A stretch of 63,589 bases of DNA, counting the filler, from Reticulomyxa filosa (taxonomy: Eukaryota > Protista > Foraminifera), in assembly GCA_000512085.1 (NCBI GenBank). It is 20 parts of 20 records of this genome, joined end to end, with 100 filler letters (N's around TTAATTAATTAA, not from the genome) between each part and the next. Parts side by side here need not be neighbours in the genome. Positions count along the whole stretch, not along the records: positions 36,696 to 40,851 come from ASPP01018746.1; positions 40,952 to 42,016 come from ASPP01039672.1; positions 42,117 to 43,217 come from ASPP01047940.1; positions 43,318 to 44,648 come from ASPP01033563.1; positions 44,749 to 46,194 come from ASPP01003145.1; positions 46,295 to 47,546 come from ASPP01012193.1; positions 47,647 to 52,820 come from ASPP01022741.1; 13 more parts are not named here. The stretch is one strand, 5' to 3'. The notes under the pieces were generated by a model, which did not search any database, was not told the origin of the DNA, and saw only the letters and a list, made by a program, of their open reading frames with translations. Position 1 is the first letter of the stretch, and every line of letters starts with the position of its first letter. This document shows, one piece after another, positions 38,366-50,457 of this stretch. The position numbers and the translations under genes are program-made.

Positions 38366-39865
38366 CTATTCTTGAATGCAGCTGTAATAACTCCATGTAT
38401 GTGCAATCAAAGGTTTGATCTCTTTCCAATTAACAAATTTTTTAGAGCATGTAGGGGGGATCTTTTTTGGCAAATACCAAACACCTTTTCGAGTTGGTAT
38501 TTCCATGTGGAGCCAACGAAATTTCCGTAGCTGCGTATCTGCAATATAAGTTATTTGCTTAGTGTCCATGAGCGAAGCCAGTTTTTTGTCGATTCCCAAA
38601 AAAGCTTCCAGCATGGTCCAATATCTTTGTCGCAGTGGAAGTAATGTCTCGAACATGTTGTCATAAAACACAGACAAGTATTTGATTTCCATTGGATACC
38701 AATGAATCTTGTTCATAAACTTGTGATTCTCCGATTCGATCCATTGAATATATCTTTGCATGTTCACTGCATCCACTCGCCAATACCGAACAGTATGATT
38801 GACCATCGCGTAGCTGCCAAATATGCGTCGATTGAAATAAAGAAGCTGGTCATTGTGGAAAGGTACGTCCTCGTCTTGGATTGGTCTTGTTTTTCGAAAG
38901 GCATTAGCGGGTATGTGATGACTGGTATTGAAGCGAATGGCATTATTGATGCGAAGCAAATCTATGGTCAGGTCAAGGAACGACTCAGCGACAGAGGATC
39001 TCATAAAATGGATCACCGTAATGTTACGACAGTAAACATGAGCAGCGAAATCCTCCAACAAATCCGTGAGCATTTCCAATTCCAAGACAAACACAAACAC
39101 CATTTTCGTCGACATGTACGAGAGTGGTCTTGTTCGATGATATAGTATACGTTGTGGCAACGTATACTCACGCAATAACCGAAGCAATAACAACCAATTA
39201 TCCAAAGTGCAATGTTTGGAAACATTGGATACATTTCGACAATTATGCGCACGCCAATCAGTAATCCACGTACTTGCAAACTCAACTCGGATTTGGGGAT
39301 GAATTTGCAAATCCGTTGCAAAGATGTACATGCCGCTGTCTGCACTGCCAATCAGATACACAATCTCCATTTCCGATCGATTTGTATACGTCCATGAATT
39401 CTCATTGTCGCTATCAAGGGAGCAGTAGTTAGCAATACGAGTCCATGTTTTCATGTCAATGTTCGGCGAATTATAATGTTTATTTTCTGTACGTGTCTCT
39501 TGCTCGAAATGACCGGTGGACAAGGAATTATAGCGCTGCGTTAGAAAGTATATCAGTGGCGTGCACAATCCTGGATTCATGTCGCAAGTGAGATAGTGCC
39601 CATACCATAATGCCACAAGAAGTAACACTAATGACCACAGCACGCAACAACTTGCACAACCGAGCAAGTGCAAGTATCCACAATCAAGTTCGATACATGT
39701 CGAATTTGCGTTCATTCGTGATGTGTTCCATCGACACCAATTGCTTTTCTCTGATGAAGTCTTATAATTTATAGTCTCGTCTTTGTCGTGGTCCAAGCTG
39801 TTCACGTCCGGACTACCATTACCAACACCTGACTTTGATGACGGACGATACCTAATAAAACTCAT
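38366..39865 (-). CDS. Type II membrane sulfotransferase-like (Stf0/NodH-like) protein
   Basis: 499-aa intronless ORF with one TM segment. YLIGSADSG...LQIHPQI, VIHFMRS and SVFYDNM follow the order of sulfotransferase motifs. Confidence 0.55.
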   Translation of the reverse strand: MSFIRYRPSSKSGVGNGSPDVNSLDHDKDETINYKTSSEKSNWCRWNTSRMNANSTCIELDCGYLHLLGCASCCVLWSLVLLLVALWYGHYLTCDMNPGLCTPLIYFLTQRYNSLSTGHFEQETRTENKHYNSPNIDMKTWTRIANYCSLDSDNENSWTYTNRSEMEIVYLIGSADSGMYIFATDLQIHPQIRVEFASTWITDWRAHNCRNVSNVSKHCTLDNWLLLLRLLREYTLPQRILYHRTRPLSYMSTKMVFVFVLELEMLTDLLEDFAAHVYCRNITVIHFMRSSVAESFLDLTIDLLRINNAIRFNTSHHIPANAFRKTRPIQDEDVPFHNDQLLYFNRRIFGSYAMVNHTVRYWRVDAVNMQRYIQWIESENHKFMNKIHWYPMEIKYLSVFYDNMFETLLPLRQRYWTMLEAFLGIDKKLASLMDTKQITYIADTQLRKFRWLHMEIPTRKGVWYLPKKIPPTCSKKFVNWKEIKPLIAHTWSYYSCIQE

Positions 39866-40254
39866 CTCGATTGCACAAATTGTAACCGAATCAAGAGAAT
39901 AGATGTTGCGAGGATAATATTTTTTTCACACATTCGTGACAGAGTTTTTTTTCGGTGCTAACCTTTGCACTTGGTGTGAGTTTTAAAAAACGTGATGTTG
40001 ACAGTTAAAAGCACTCTTTTTTTTTTTTTTTTTTTTGCTTTCTTACGATTTACTTTAATTAAACGCAGTAACACACTTGCAATTGCTGATTGAAACAAGC
40101 AGTTGTTAGAGTTTGTATTGTGTTACTCGCTCTTGTTTAAAAAAAATACTACGTTAGTCGTATTGTTTGCAGTTACATTCAAAGACATTTCTCAGCGATT
40201 GGAATCAAGTGTTTGGCAAATCGTGTGTTTTTTGTGCACATTTTATAATTTCGA

Positions 40255-40773
40255 ATGAAACTCGCGCTTTGGTGGGCCTTGGCTGCACTTAGCAGCTTTA
40301 ACTTTGGGCATGCTGTGGAGCTATTGAATGGTAAAGGAAAAAATATTTCTGTTTTTTTTTTTTGTTTTGTTAAAAAAGATTGAGCTTGAAGACCTTTAAC
40401 TTGGGGGAAAAAAAAAAAAAGAAAAAAGTTTTGTGGCGAAAATGAAAAATTTATTGGAAAGCCACGGAGGAAGAGTGAAAATAGATGAAAGCGTCGGAGA
40501 GGAAGCGATGCAAAAACTATGGGAAAAAGTGTCAGCAGACAAAGTTACGAAGAACGGACTCAAACTGGGAACGGAAAGATTTGGAGACAGAAGGGGGACC
40601 GACGATCAATGACGGATAGCCAGTACTGGACATTGGATGAGAAGAAGTACCTTTTGAATAAGCATAACAATTACCGCGGAAACACGAGTGTAGGATTAGT
40701 CACCGACGATGGGACCAATGGGCACTATCCGACTTCTTCAAACATGAACAGTGTTTTTTGGGACGAAGCTATA
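40255..40773 (+). CDS. Secreted CAP/SCP/TAPS-family protein, 3'-partial; intron about 40331-40421; frameshift about 40575
   Basis: Signal peptide MKLALWWALAALSS and CAP N-terminal motif LLNKHNNYRG...PTSSNMNSVFWD. Confidence 0.7.
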
Positions 40774-41476
40774 GGTACACAAACTCTTATTCCTCAAAAA
40801 AAAAAAAAAGGGAGGCCAGGTTCATAGTGTTAAAAAAAAAAAAAAAAAAATNNNNNNNNNNNNNNNNNNNNNNNNNNNNNNNNNNNNNNNNNNNNTTAAT
40901 TAATTAANNNNNNNNNNNNNNNNNNNNNNNNNNNNNNNNNNNNNNNNNNNNTATTTGAATTGAAAAACTTAGCAAGTATTTTTTTATAAGAAAAAACTGA
41001 AAGACCAGAATTGGTTCTAAAATAATCTACGCTTTTCAGTTTTACAAAAATGGAGAGATGTAGTTCTCTTTCATGAAGATTTTCTATTTAAAAACAATGT
41101 CTTTGTCAATCTTAATTTCCACTCAAGTTGTTTTAATTTGATTACATGAAGTGACTCAAACATTCACAATGCTAGAGCACGCCAAATTACCACCAAATGC
41201 TTCATAACTTATCGTTAAATTCAAGCACATCCTTTTGTTGAGGAAATTCCGTTTTTTAAACAATTCCTGACATAAGAAATAAAAAAAATGAGAAACCATG
41301 TTACAGTTATATTTCAGAAATTTCGTCTTTGAGAAGTGATTATGAAGATACTAAAGAATACCAAAAAGAAGGAAGAACACTGTGTTAACTCAAAGAAGTG
41401 GATTGAATGACTAAGTGAAGTATGAGAACTACATTGAGAATAAAAATGATATTGAAATGAATAAAGTAAAAAAATT

Positions 41477-42016
41477 TTACACAGACTTTCTTTGCTGAAA
41501 AATAAAGTCATAATCTGTGGTATCTTGACTTTCCACACAATACCATTCACTACTTTTATTTTTGTGGATTTCTGTTCTAATGTCTTGCAACATTTGCTTG
41601 AATGGTAACCACTTTTATATTCGGACGTCACAACATTTTTCATGTATTGACTCAATAATGACAGATCAGCAACTCGATGCTCTTTTGTAGTTGACTAAAT
41701 GATCATCATTATGTCCATGTAGTATTTCATTTTCTCGCATTGCAAGTTCGTAAGATTTTGGAGAATTTTCACTACGACAAGAACCAATAATAAATATTTT
41801 TGGAAGATTTTAAATGCCTCCATTTTATAGCAATTAAATGACATAAACATTTCGTCAATTGATACAAATTTTCCATTACTTGTCACCAACATATTTCCAT
41901 TTTCTCTATGTCCACAAATAATGATAATTATTCCATCATACTCATTAGTATTTTTGCGAAGTTTGAAATTACTTTTTACTTTATCAATAAATTCATCAAT
42001 TTCATCTTTTGTCATT
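41477..42016 (-). pseudogene. Caspase-like (peptidase C14) pseudogene fragment
   Basis: YDGIIIIICGHR and PKIFIIGSCRS match the caspase SHG and QACRG boxes in degenerate form. Several frameshifts and an in-frame TAG. Confidence 0.7.
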
Positions 42017-42188
42017 NNNNNNNNNNNNNNNNNNNNNNNNNNNNNNNNNNNNNNNNNNNNTTAATTAATTAANNNNNNNNNNNNNNNNNNNNNNNNNNNN
42101 NNNNNNNNNNNNNNNNAAAAAAAGAGTAATTTAAGGAGGTTAAAAGTATTCATTTCTTGAGGTAGCACCGAGTGTAAGAAGAAAGTAA

Positions 42189-42410
42189 TCACCGAAAAGT
42201 GTTTTTCAAATACAAACAAAAGTAGTTATTAATCAAAAATTCACTGGCAAGAAATAAGAAAGAAACAAAAAAGTAAAAGAAGAAAGACAGTGAAGGTTGT
42301 TGGAGAAAAAAGGGTTCCCTCGTTTATATGAAGCTTCTGTAATTGGTAGTGCATTGCACTACAAATATCGAGAAAATCGAGATTACAGCGATAGATATTT
42401 TGTTAAATAA
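42189..42410 (+). repeat. Putative structured interspersed element (copy B)
   Basis: Stems CTGTAAT/ATTACAG, GTAGTGC/GCACTAC and TCGA/TCGA. The flanks resemble 29654-29885. Confidence 0.4.
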
Positions 42411-43153
42411 TGAAATAATTAATCATGTTTTAATAACTTAACGTTCGAATTTGGAAGTAAAAAAAGTTATGGTTGCAATTATTATCATCATTATTTATTT
42501 TTAAAAAGCTAAGAAATGCAACATTCAATTATGAATAAAGCAATAATGCATTATATCTAATTTTTGATATAATTCTTTTGGTGTGTTTGAAATAGTAAGT
42601 TTTTGTCATTTTTTTTGTTGAAACGAGCTCTTCTCTTGTACGAACAAATACATACTTTTTATTTGCTAAAAATCCTTGTAAAATGGTTTTTTTTTTGAAA
42701 AGTAAACAAATTTAAATCATAATTCCAAAAAATAATGTCACTTTTATCCCCTTTTTTTTTAAAAAAAAAATTTTCTTAACCTTTTTGTTAAAACGTAATT
42801 TGCAGTTGCTGTGCAAATAACAAACACATTTTCATTTTGTTTGTGCTCTGTATTCAAATGACTCAAGGTAATTTTTGTGTACTTTTCGCGCAAAAAAAAA
42901 TACGTATAAACAATTGGAGTAGTTTTATCCACTAAAGTAGATTTGTAATAAATGTAACGAAAGTAACACAGACAGAGAAAGAGATCCTAGCTTTGCAGCA
43001 AAGCCGTACGGATGAAATTACAGAAGAAGCTCTAAATGAAGAAAAGATACATCCAATTACAGTTGGAATAGAGATCGAATATTGGCAGACTAGTGCGCCT
43101 AGTGATAAAAGTGAATTGATTTTGTATAATGAATTCAGAGGCTTGATTAAAGA

Positions 43154-43217
43154 AAAAGGAGTACAAGACAAAAGAAAAGGAGTGCAAGACAAAGGAAAAG
43201 GAGTGCAAGACAAAGGA
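43154..43217 (+). repeat. 21-bp coding tandem repeat (KGVQDK[R/G]), at least 3 copies, truncated by the contig end
   Basis: AAAAGGAGTRCAAGACAAARG repeated in frame at the end of ORF 42993. Confidence 0.8.
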
Positions 43218-43512
43218 NNNNNNNNNNNNNNNNNNNNNNNNNNNNNNNNNNNNNNNNNNNNTTAATTAATTAANNNNNNNNNNNNNNNNNNNNNNNNNNN
43301 NNNNNNNNNNNNNNNNNATTTTTTAGTATTTTCTAGCGAACAAGGTTTTGTTTCTCCATCAAAAAAAAAAACAACTTTTTTTGGAGTAGTAAAAGCAAAG
43401 TTTTTTCAAAAAAAAACAAATGAAAAAACTCAAAAATGAATTAAAGACTTGGCAATTTATTATTTGTTATTTCATATAATTTGAAAATAATTATAACCCT
43501 TCAAAATGTATT

Positions 43513-44648
43513 TCATCTACTGTATTTAAAAATAATTTGATTAAAATCTTCGATCCACCCTAATTTTATCTTTAAAATTCGAACCCAATGTTCAATAACA
43601 AATCTTATTTCTTTTTTTGACTATTCATCACATTCAATATAATTCATTTGTGTTTGATCAAAAAAATTATAAATAAACAAATCATTACCAACTGTAAATG
43701 ATCCCATACACGCACTTTCGTTTTCATGTGGGTTTGTACTGTTTTATATTCATTATTTCCTCCAATAATGTGTATATGATTGTCCTCTTCACTCAATATT
43801 GCAACACAATCACTTAATCGACTGGGTAAAGTATTTTGAAATATCATCCATTTGTTTTCTCGAATTGAATACTTGTGAACTGATTTTGAAGAAATTTTAT
43901 TATCATGTCCACCAAAGAACAATATAATATCATTGATACACACATATGCATATGAAAATAATGGTTTGGTATCATGACAAGCAGGTAGTTGATGAAATTG
44001 AAAAGTATTGTTATCTTCATCATATTCAATTGATAATCCTGTCTTCCAACAAAATAACAGCATTTGATAATTTTGTTGATTTTTTTGATTTGTTTTAATC
44101 ATTTCTTGTACTTGTCCATTTTCTGATTTTGATACAAAGCAATGATAAAATATATTATTATTAGTCGGTAATTGATCATGTTTAATAAATTGAAATGTAT
44201 TTAAATCAAATACACTAATATTATTATATTGATAAGTGATAAATAACAAATGATTGTTGATTCCACCAATCAATGCACGAGCTCCAAAATAACTATCATT
44301 ATTTCTTCCAATGATAATTGGATTATTGTGATTGTCTGTGAAAGGAAGCCATCGATTGTAATTGTTTAAGCTGTTGAATTGACTCAATTGATTTAATTTT
44401 TTTGACTTATTCGTTTCATTTTCATTTTCATCATTACTATTGTTGTCATCACTCCAAACACTTACATACTTTAACACCAATGTATGTTTTCCATCAAAAG
44501 ACAACAAAGTAATTTGATTGTTGTCTTTGTCGTTGTTACTGCTGCTATCTATCAGTTTCACTACACAGTGTCCACATAATTCAACATCACTTGGATACTC
44601 ACAGATAAACTTGTATTCGTTTTTGAGTTTATGATAAGAATAACAAGC
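43513..44648 (-). CDS. Kelch-repeat protein, 5'-partial; intron 43621-43688
   Basis: ILFFGG...VHKYSIRENKW and IHIIGG Kelch blades. The terminal exon SKKEIRFVIEHWVRILKIKLGW is joined by a GT-AG intron. Confidence 0.8.
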
Positions 44649-44748
44649 NNNNNNNNNNNNNNNNNNNNNNNNNNNNNNNNNNNNNNNNNNNNTTAATTAA
44701 TTAANNNNNNNNNNNNNNNNNNNNNNNNNNNNNNNNNNNNNNNNNNNN

Positions 44749-46156
44749 TTCTTCTTTGTTCTCCAATTGCAGATCTTGCGAGGAGGAGACTGGGATGGAC
44801 TTGCTAATGGTAGTCATGGCTTCTTCAATTGCAGTTGGGTCATCTGTTTGCTCTTCTCGTTGTGGTTGTTGTGGTTGTTGTTGTTGTTGTTGTTGTTGTT
44901 GCAGTTCTACCTCTCTTTCTCTTTCTCTTTGTTTTTTCATCGCCAAGGCCATTGCCATGGTAGCATCTGCTTCGGCTAGTGCTTCCGCTTCAGCCTCTAC
45001 TTCGGTTGCAGTTTCTGATTCAGTTTCCGTTTCATATTCTTCCGACTCAAAATCTTCTGACCTTTCATCATCTTCTATATCTTCTTCTTCTTCTTCTTTG
45101 TTCTCATTCTCATTCTCATTCTCATTCTCATTCTCATTTTCGTTTTCGTTTTCGTTTTCGTTATCCTCTTCGTCGTCGTCGTCGTCGTCGTCGTCTTCAT
45201 ACTCGTCGTCATCGTCGTCCATTGCGATCAACTCCGCGTCATCGTTCTCGTTCGCGTTACCGACATAATGTTCATCAGCCAAGACTGCACGCTTGGCGTT
45301 GGACACGCCGACGGCGCTCAGTCCGTGCGATTTCCTTGCGCCCTTCTTGGCCTCTTTATTCGCATGTTTGCGGCGATTGTCTATCTTGCCCTTCTCATTC
45401 TTACGAGCGCGTGGGTGCTTCTGCACATTACTGTCGGCTTTCTTACGCTTGCGTGCTTTGTCCTGTCCGTCACTTGTTTCTAACAAAGACTTGGAGTCGT
45501 TTTCACTCCATGTTTGCTATTTTAATTTATTTTTCCATTATTATTATTATTTTTTTTTTTTTTTCCAAATAAAACAGGCAAAAAAAAAAAAATTAAAACT
45601 GACCTGACCACTTGGTGCAACCAGACGATTTTCAAGCGATTTATCTGGTTGCTTCGGACTGTGAGCATGAGAAGGGGGGGGGTGTTGATTTTTTTGCGCA
45701 TGTGAGTGGTAGTGGTGATAATGATGATGGTGATAGTGATCGGAATGGGATCTAATTCGGGTGGCAATGCTTTGCCGTTACTATTGTTCACACCCTTGTG
45801 CTCATTGTTTGTTGCACTCTTTTCGGGCGATATCTCACTCGTTCTCTTCTTTTTCATTGCAATGTTTGCTTTCATCCCATTTTCTTTTTTCTTTTCATTT
45901 TCATTTCCATTTGCGTTTGCGTTTGCATTTGCATTTGCATTTGCTTTTATGTTTGCGTTTGCGTTTGCGTTTGCGTTTTCCCTGTCGCTTTCATTCTCGT
46001 CTGAACCGTTCGCTCGACGATTCCATTCCTTTGTGCTTTCTGGCTCATTCACATTCGATACCGCCGACCTCTTCTCCGCTACTATTATGTACCCTGCGTT
46101 CACTCGTTGTATTCTTTTCGATTCAAATATTTCTCGGGCTTCATTCGTTGATTCTT

Positions 46157-46194
<38 letters not shown>
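44749..46194 (-). CDS. Low-complexity acidic/Gln/Asn-rich protein, partial
   Basis: Long ORFs with (EN)n, (AN)n, poly-D and poly-Q tracts, and a probable intron at about 45520-45600. Confidence 0.5.
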
Positions 46195-46951
46195 NNNNNN
46201 NNNNNNNNNNNNNNNNNNNNNNNNNNNNNNNNNNNNNNTTAATTAATTAANNNNNNNNNNNNNNNNNNNNNNNNNNNNNNNNNNNNNNNNNNNNAAATAC
46301 GACAATGCATTCAATTAATGTGTGTGGATAAGTGGATTGACCCCTTTTTTCTTTTTTCTTTTTATTATTTTTGTTTGTTTTATTTTGTTTTTTGTAAGAG
46401 AAATTTGTTCCTTGTTGCAATATTACTTTCGATACTGAACTCATATGACATTTGTTCACAAGTTATCCTGCTCCAAATGTTTCTTTTTTCTTTGTTGGTT
46501 TGTTGTTTTGTGTGGCTTTTACTGTAATATCTTCCATCTGCAACAAAATGAAATAAAGTGGAAGGTCCAATCGTGCTTGTTAAATTCGCATTTTTATCTG
46601 TTCATACTTCACCGGTTAATTACGTTGATTGAGCTTTCTGCTTCTATTCAATTTCCATTCACCGCTGAACTACTTTTTTTTCTCATTCTCAGATAATAAT
46701 TACTTTGGTTAACGGCAGAGCAAAGGAAAGAATTGGCGATTTAAACTTAGACTCGGAAGTGGAGCTACATATGGATCATTCCTATCTTCTTTCAACATTT
46801 CAATAACAGCTAAAACGTCCAGTTGGCAGTCTGTTTTTTTCCGGGGTCGCGTTCCACTTAAAACAGGATTTCGCATTTTTCCTTTAAACAGCGGAATTCG
46901 TTGGTCATCACGTAATTGCTCGTGACAAAAAAAAAAACAACATAAAAAGAG

Positions 46952-47506
46952 ATGACAGAAGATATGAAACCTGACGAAGAGAGAAGAAAGAAGCTGATCC
47001 CAGTGTTAGCACGTGTGTTATCTGAGCTTTGCAAGAGAAATGATCCAATTCCAGTAGACGCATCTCACGTAACAAAATTTCACGCATTGAAAGCTCCCGC
47101 TATATCAATTGAAGACTATTTGTTTCGGTATGTGTGTCCATTCATCAACAACAAATAACAACAACAGCGACCTACAAAAAAAAAAAAAAAAGGAATCGTT
47201 GAACAGAAGTGGAGAAGGGAGAAAAAAAACAATAAAAAAAAAAAGGGTGAATGTAAATTAATTAATTTTAAAAAAAACAACATAAAAATAATAGGATAAG
47301 CAAATATTCTGGCTGTTCTGAGGAATGCTTTATATTAAGTCTGATTTACATAGACCGCTTGATCAATCAAAACCAACAATTGATTGTCAACTCATTTTGT
47401 GTTCATCGTCTCATGATCACCAGCATTATGTTAGCCGCAAAATTCTTTGATGACCAATACTTCAACAACGCTTACTACGGAAAAGTCGGTGGAGTCAATA
47501 TCAAAG
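46952..47506 (+). CDS. PHO80/P-U-type cyclin, 3'-partial; intron 47128-47294
   Basis: [34 protein letters not shown], and [31 protein letters not shown]. Confidence 0.92.
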
Positions 47507-47711
47507 GTTTTTTTTTTTTTGTTTGTTTGTTTCTTTTTCTTTTTTTNNNNNNNNNNNNNNNNNNNNNNNNNNNNNNNNNNNNNNNNNNNNTTAATTAATT
47601 AANNNNNNNNNNNNNNNNNNNNNNNNNNNNNNNNNNNNNNNNNNNNTTCTCCTCCCTCCCCCCCCTCCTCCTTTTTTTTTTTTGGTTGTTTCTTAAAAAG
47701 GAAAACCAAAC

Positions 47712-48066
47712 CTATTCTTGCGTAGACTTTCCAATTATCGGTGGATTCCAAATTCAATTTGGTATCATTCAAGTCCAAATCCCGCTTTTCATTCACATAT
47801 GCGTACTCTCGTGGAAGCGCCACAAATGGCTCGTCGCTGTTTTCTATTCCATTTTGTGTTGCTCTGGAACGCAATTGGGCTCCACTCATCATTGTCGCCT
47901 CTTTCAACAACTCCATTTCATTGTCCGTGTCGGTCGTCTTGTTTATCGTCGTTTCGTTTGTCTTTCCACCACCAACGCCATTTATCACTGTTAAGTTGTC
48001 TGTCTTTGGCGAGAGAGGCGAAATATCTGTTGACTTTTCCGGAGATAATGGATATTCCGCCGTCAT
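47712..48066 (-). CDS. Hypothetical protein, N-terminal fragment
   Basis: ATG-initiated ORF ending at a likely donor before the contig end. Confidence 0.4.
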
Positions 48067-48280
48067 ATCTCAATTATGATCCGTTCGTTTTCAAAAAAAA
48101 ATGATAATAGTAAGACCCCTTTCGAACAGTCAATATGCGTTAATTGCAAAAGATTTGAGAAAATTTGACAATGAGGCAATATTTCAAAGGATGTGTTAAT
48201 ATTGTTATTATTTTTACTTAAAGAGTTGAAAATTAATGACTTTCAAGTTTACAAATTAAGATTTTTTTAAAAAAGAGATC

Positions 48281-49003
48281 TTACAGCTTGCTAAATGAAC
48301 TGAGATGGGATTTGTGTTTGTCTAAAGCGAGATTTGATTGATATTTTGGATCTTTCCAATTACCAATTTTGTGAAAGCTCGAATCCCAAAAGTGTTCGAT
48401 CAACTGTTTTTTAAAGGACTTATTCGCCAACACCCAACTTCTTCTTTGACTTGTGTGGGCAACTGCGTCAAGCAATGTCATGTTGCACCTTTGCACCAAA
48501 TAAGCCACAACGATGGTTGCACTACGATTGACTCCGGCCACACAGTGCACCAACACTTTACCCGAATTTTTACATTCGTCAATAAATTGTATGCTTTCTT
48601 GGAGGTGCTCTTTGAGGATGCTATATTCGTGGTCATCCTTTGCACTAAAGTGATGCACCTTCAATGATCTTACATAGTCAAATAAAGGATGGTGGTGACT
48701 ATTATAATCATGCAAGGAGGGCTCTTGTGCATGCTTGATGATACTCTCATAGGCATGAATATCTCCAGCTGCACAGTTCAAAATATGAGTTATACCTAGG
48801 TCTTGCAGTTCTTTATAGTTTTTAGAGTCGTTCATATCACCTAACCAAAGAAACCCTTCTAGTATTTCTGAAGGCCCTGTTCCACCATGGTTCCTATTCC
48901 GTCTTATGATACTGTCTATTGTGAATAGAATTTCTTTGTGAGTTGTTTCCATTTCCATTATTAAGGATTTTTTAAGACCAATTTTTTGACTAGAACCCCT
49001 CAT
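48281..49003 (-). CDS. Atypical dual-specificity protein phosphatase
   Basis: PSEILEGFLWLG, GITHILNCA, and catalytic VHCVAGVNRS. Confidence 0.92.
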   Translation of the reverse strand: MRGSSQKIGLKKSLIMEMETTHKEILFTIDSIIRRNRNHGGTGPSEILEGFLWLGDMNDSKNYKELQDLGITHILNCAAGDIHAYESIIKHAQEPSLHDYNSHHHPLFDYVRSLKVHHFSAKDDHEYSILKEHLQESIQFIDECKNSGKVLVHCVAGVNRSATIVVAYLVQRCNMTLLDAVAHTSQRRSWVLANKSFKKQLIEHFWDSSFHKIGNWKDPKYQSNLALDKHKSHLSSFSKL

Positions 49004-50457
49004 TGTTTTTGAATTATAAATTAAAACAAATTGGATTTAGCTCTCCAAAGTGAACAGAGGGATCTTTTTTTACCTTGTTTTGTGAACAGCTTCTTTTTTT
49101 TGTGAGCAAGCACGTTTCTTAAGAAGGGGCAAACCTACACTTTAGTCTATTTCAAAAATTCCTTTTTTTCCTTAACACACGGTTTTTCAAGCTAGAAAAT
49201 TGATTAATCGTGCGTGTATAAGTGGAATTTTGCTTTTATTGTGCAATGTATTTTTTTTTTTTGTTACACAACCTGACCTGAGCGGGTTTGCGCAACTTTT
49301 TTCCCTTAACCAGGACTGAGCAATAAAATGCTAAATTTAATAATTTGAAGTTAATACGAAAAAAAGTTATCTTACTTTGCTGTCATCTTTTTTTGTTTTG
49401 CATATCATTTGTTATTATGCAGTACATTATTGGCAGCAAAAAATAACCAAGCGCTGGGTTCATATAATGCTAGTTGCAAAATTTTTTTTGCAACTCGATG
49501 GCTTATAATCGGATATAGCACTTGTACATTTTTGAAATAATATTGCCACTGTTTACAATCAATATTTGTTGTTTTGTTATATAGTCGTGTAGACAGCTTT
49601 GAAAATTTCAAAAAAAAACGTGGATTAAAGTAAACAATTGGATAATTAATTGTAAAATAAAACTTTGAGCTGTGCCACGTAGTTTTGTAAAATTTGCGAA
49701 AAAGTTGTTGATAAAAATGTTTATTCGTGTGTTTTATTTCATTTTTTGAGAGAATATCAGCTCGAAAAGCAATTGTTGTGAAAATTACAAAATAAGGAAT
49801 AATACAATAACTCAATCACAAAATGATTGCGGGATTACCGCGACATATTTTTTTACATTTAATTGAGAAATTGTTGAGATTCTTTACGAATTTAAAGATA
49901 AATGAAAAACCTTTAGAATGCTTTCTAAACAAATATTTTTGAAATCTTGTATTTTTATTAACACGTAATTCTTTTTGCACTTGTAGAGACATATTTTTGT
50001 CGATTATGTACAATGTAAGGAAAACTTCGATCAGAGCAAAGTTTTAACAAATTAAATATAAAAACAATTAAATAAACTTGTGTCGGGCTGTCCCACCATT
50101 AGATGTCAACCTTCAAGTGAACTTGAAATCTCTTTTCCCAAAACTTCTCCACCAACTTCCCACTTTCTCTCGCTTCTTGTTTTGCTGTCTATTATTTTTT
50201 CTTCTTTGATTAACTTGTTTTTATTGAAAAGTCGCTCAGAAGCAGTATTTTCGTTTTACACTTTGTGCAGGTTACGACACCCCAAATTTAAGATCACATT
50301 GTTGCATCATAAAAACAAACAGCATATTTATGCACTTAATCATTCATTTTCAAAAGGAATGCCAAAGTCCAACATAGAATAATTTTTTGTTTGAAGAAAA
50401 ATGTGCAGTGGCATTGATATCAATGAATTAAATGAAACTTGTTTACGCTTTTATGAA

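Noticed and set aside
44756-46246. Long plus-strand ORFs rich in Ser/Phe/Cys (also 52023-52541, 28932-29400 and 20157-20484)
   Set aside because: These are antisense shadows of low-complexity coding repeats.
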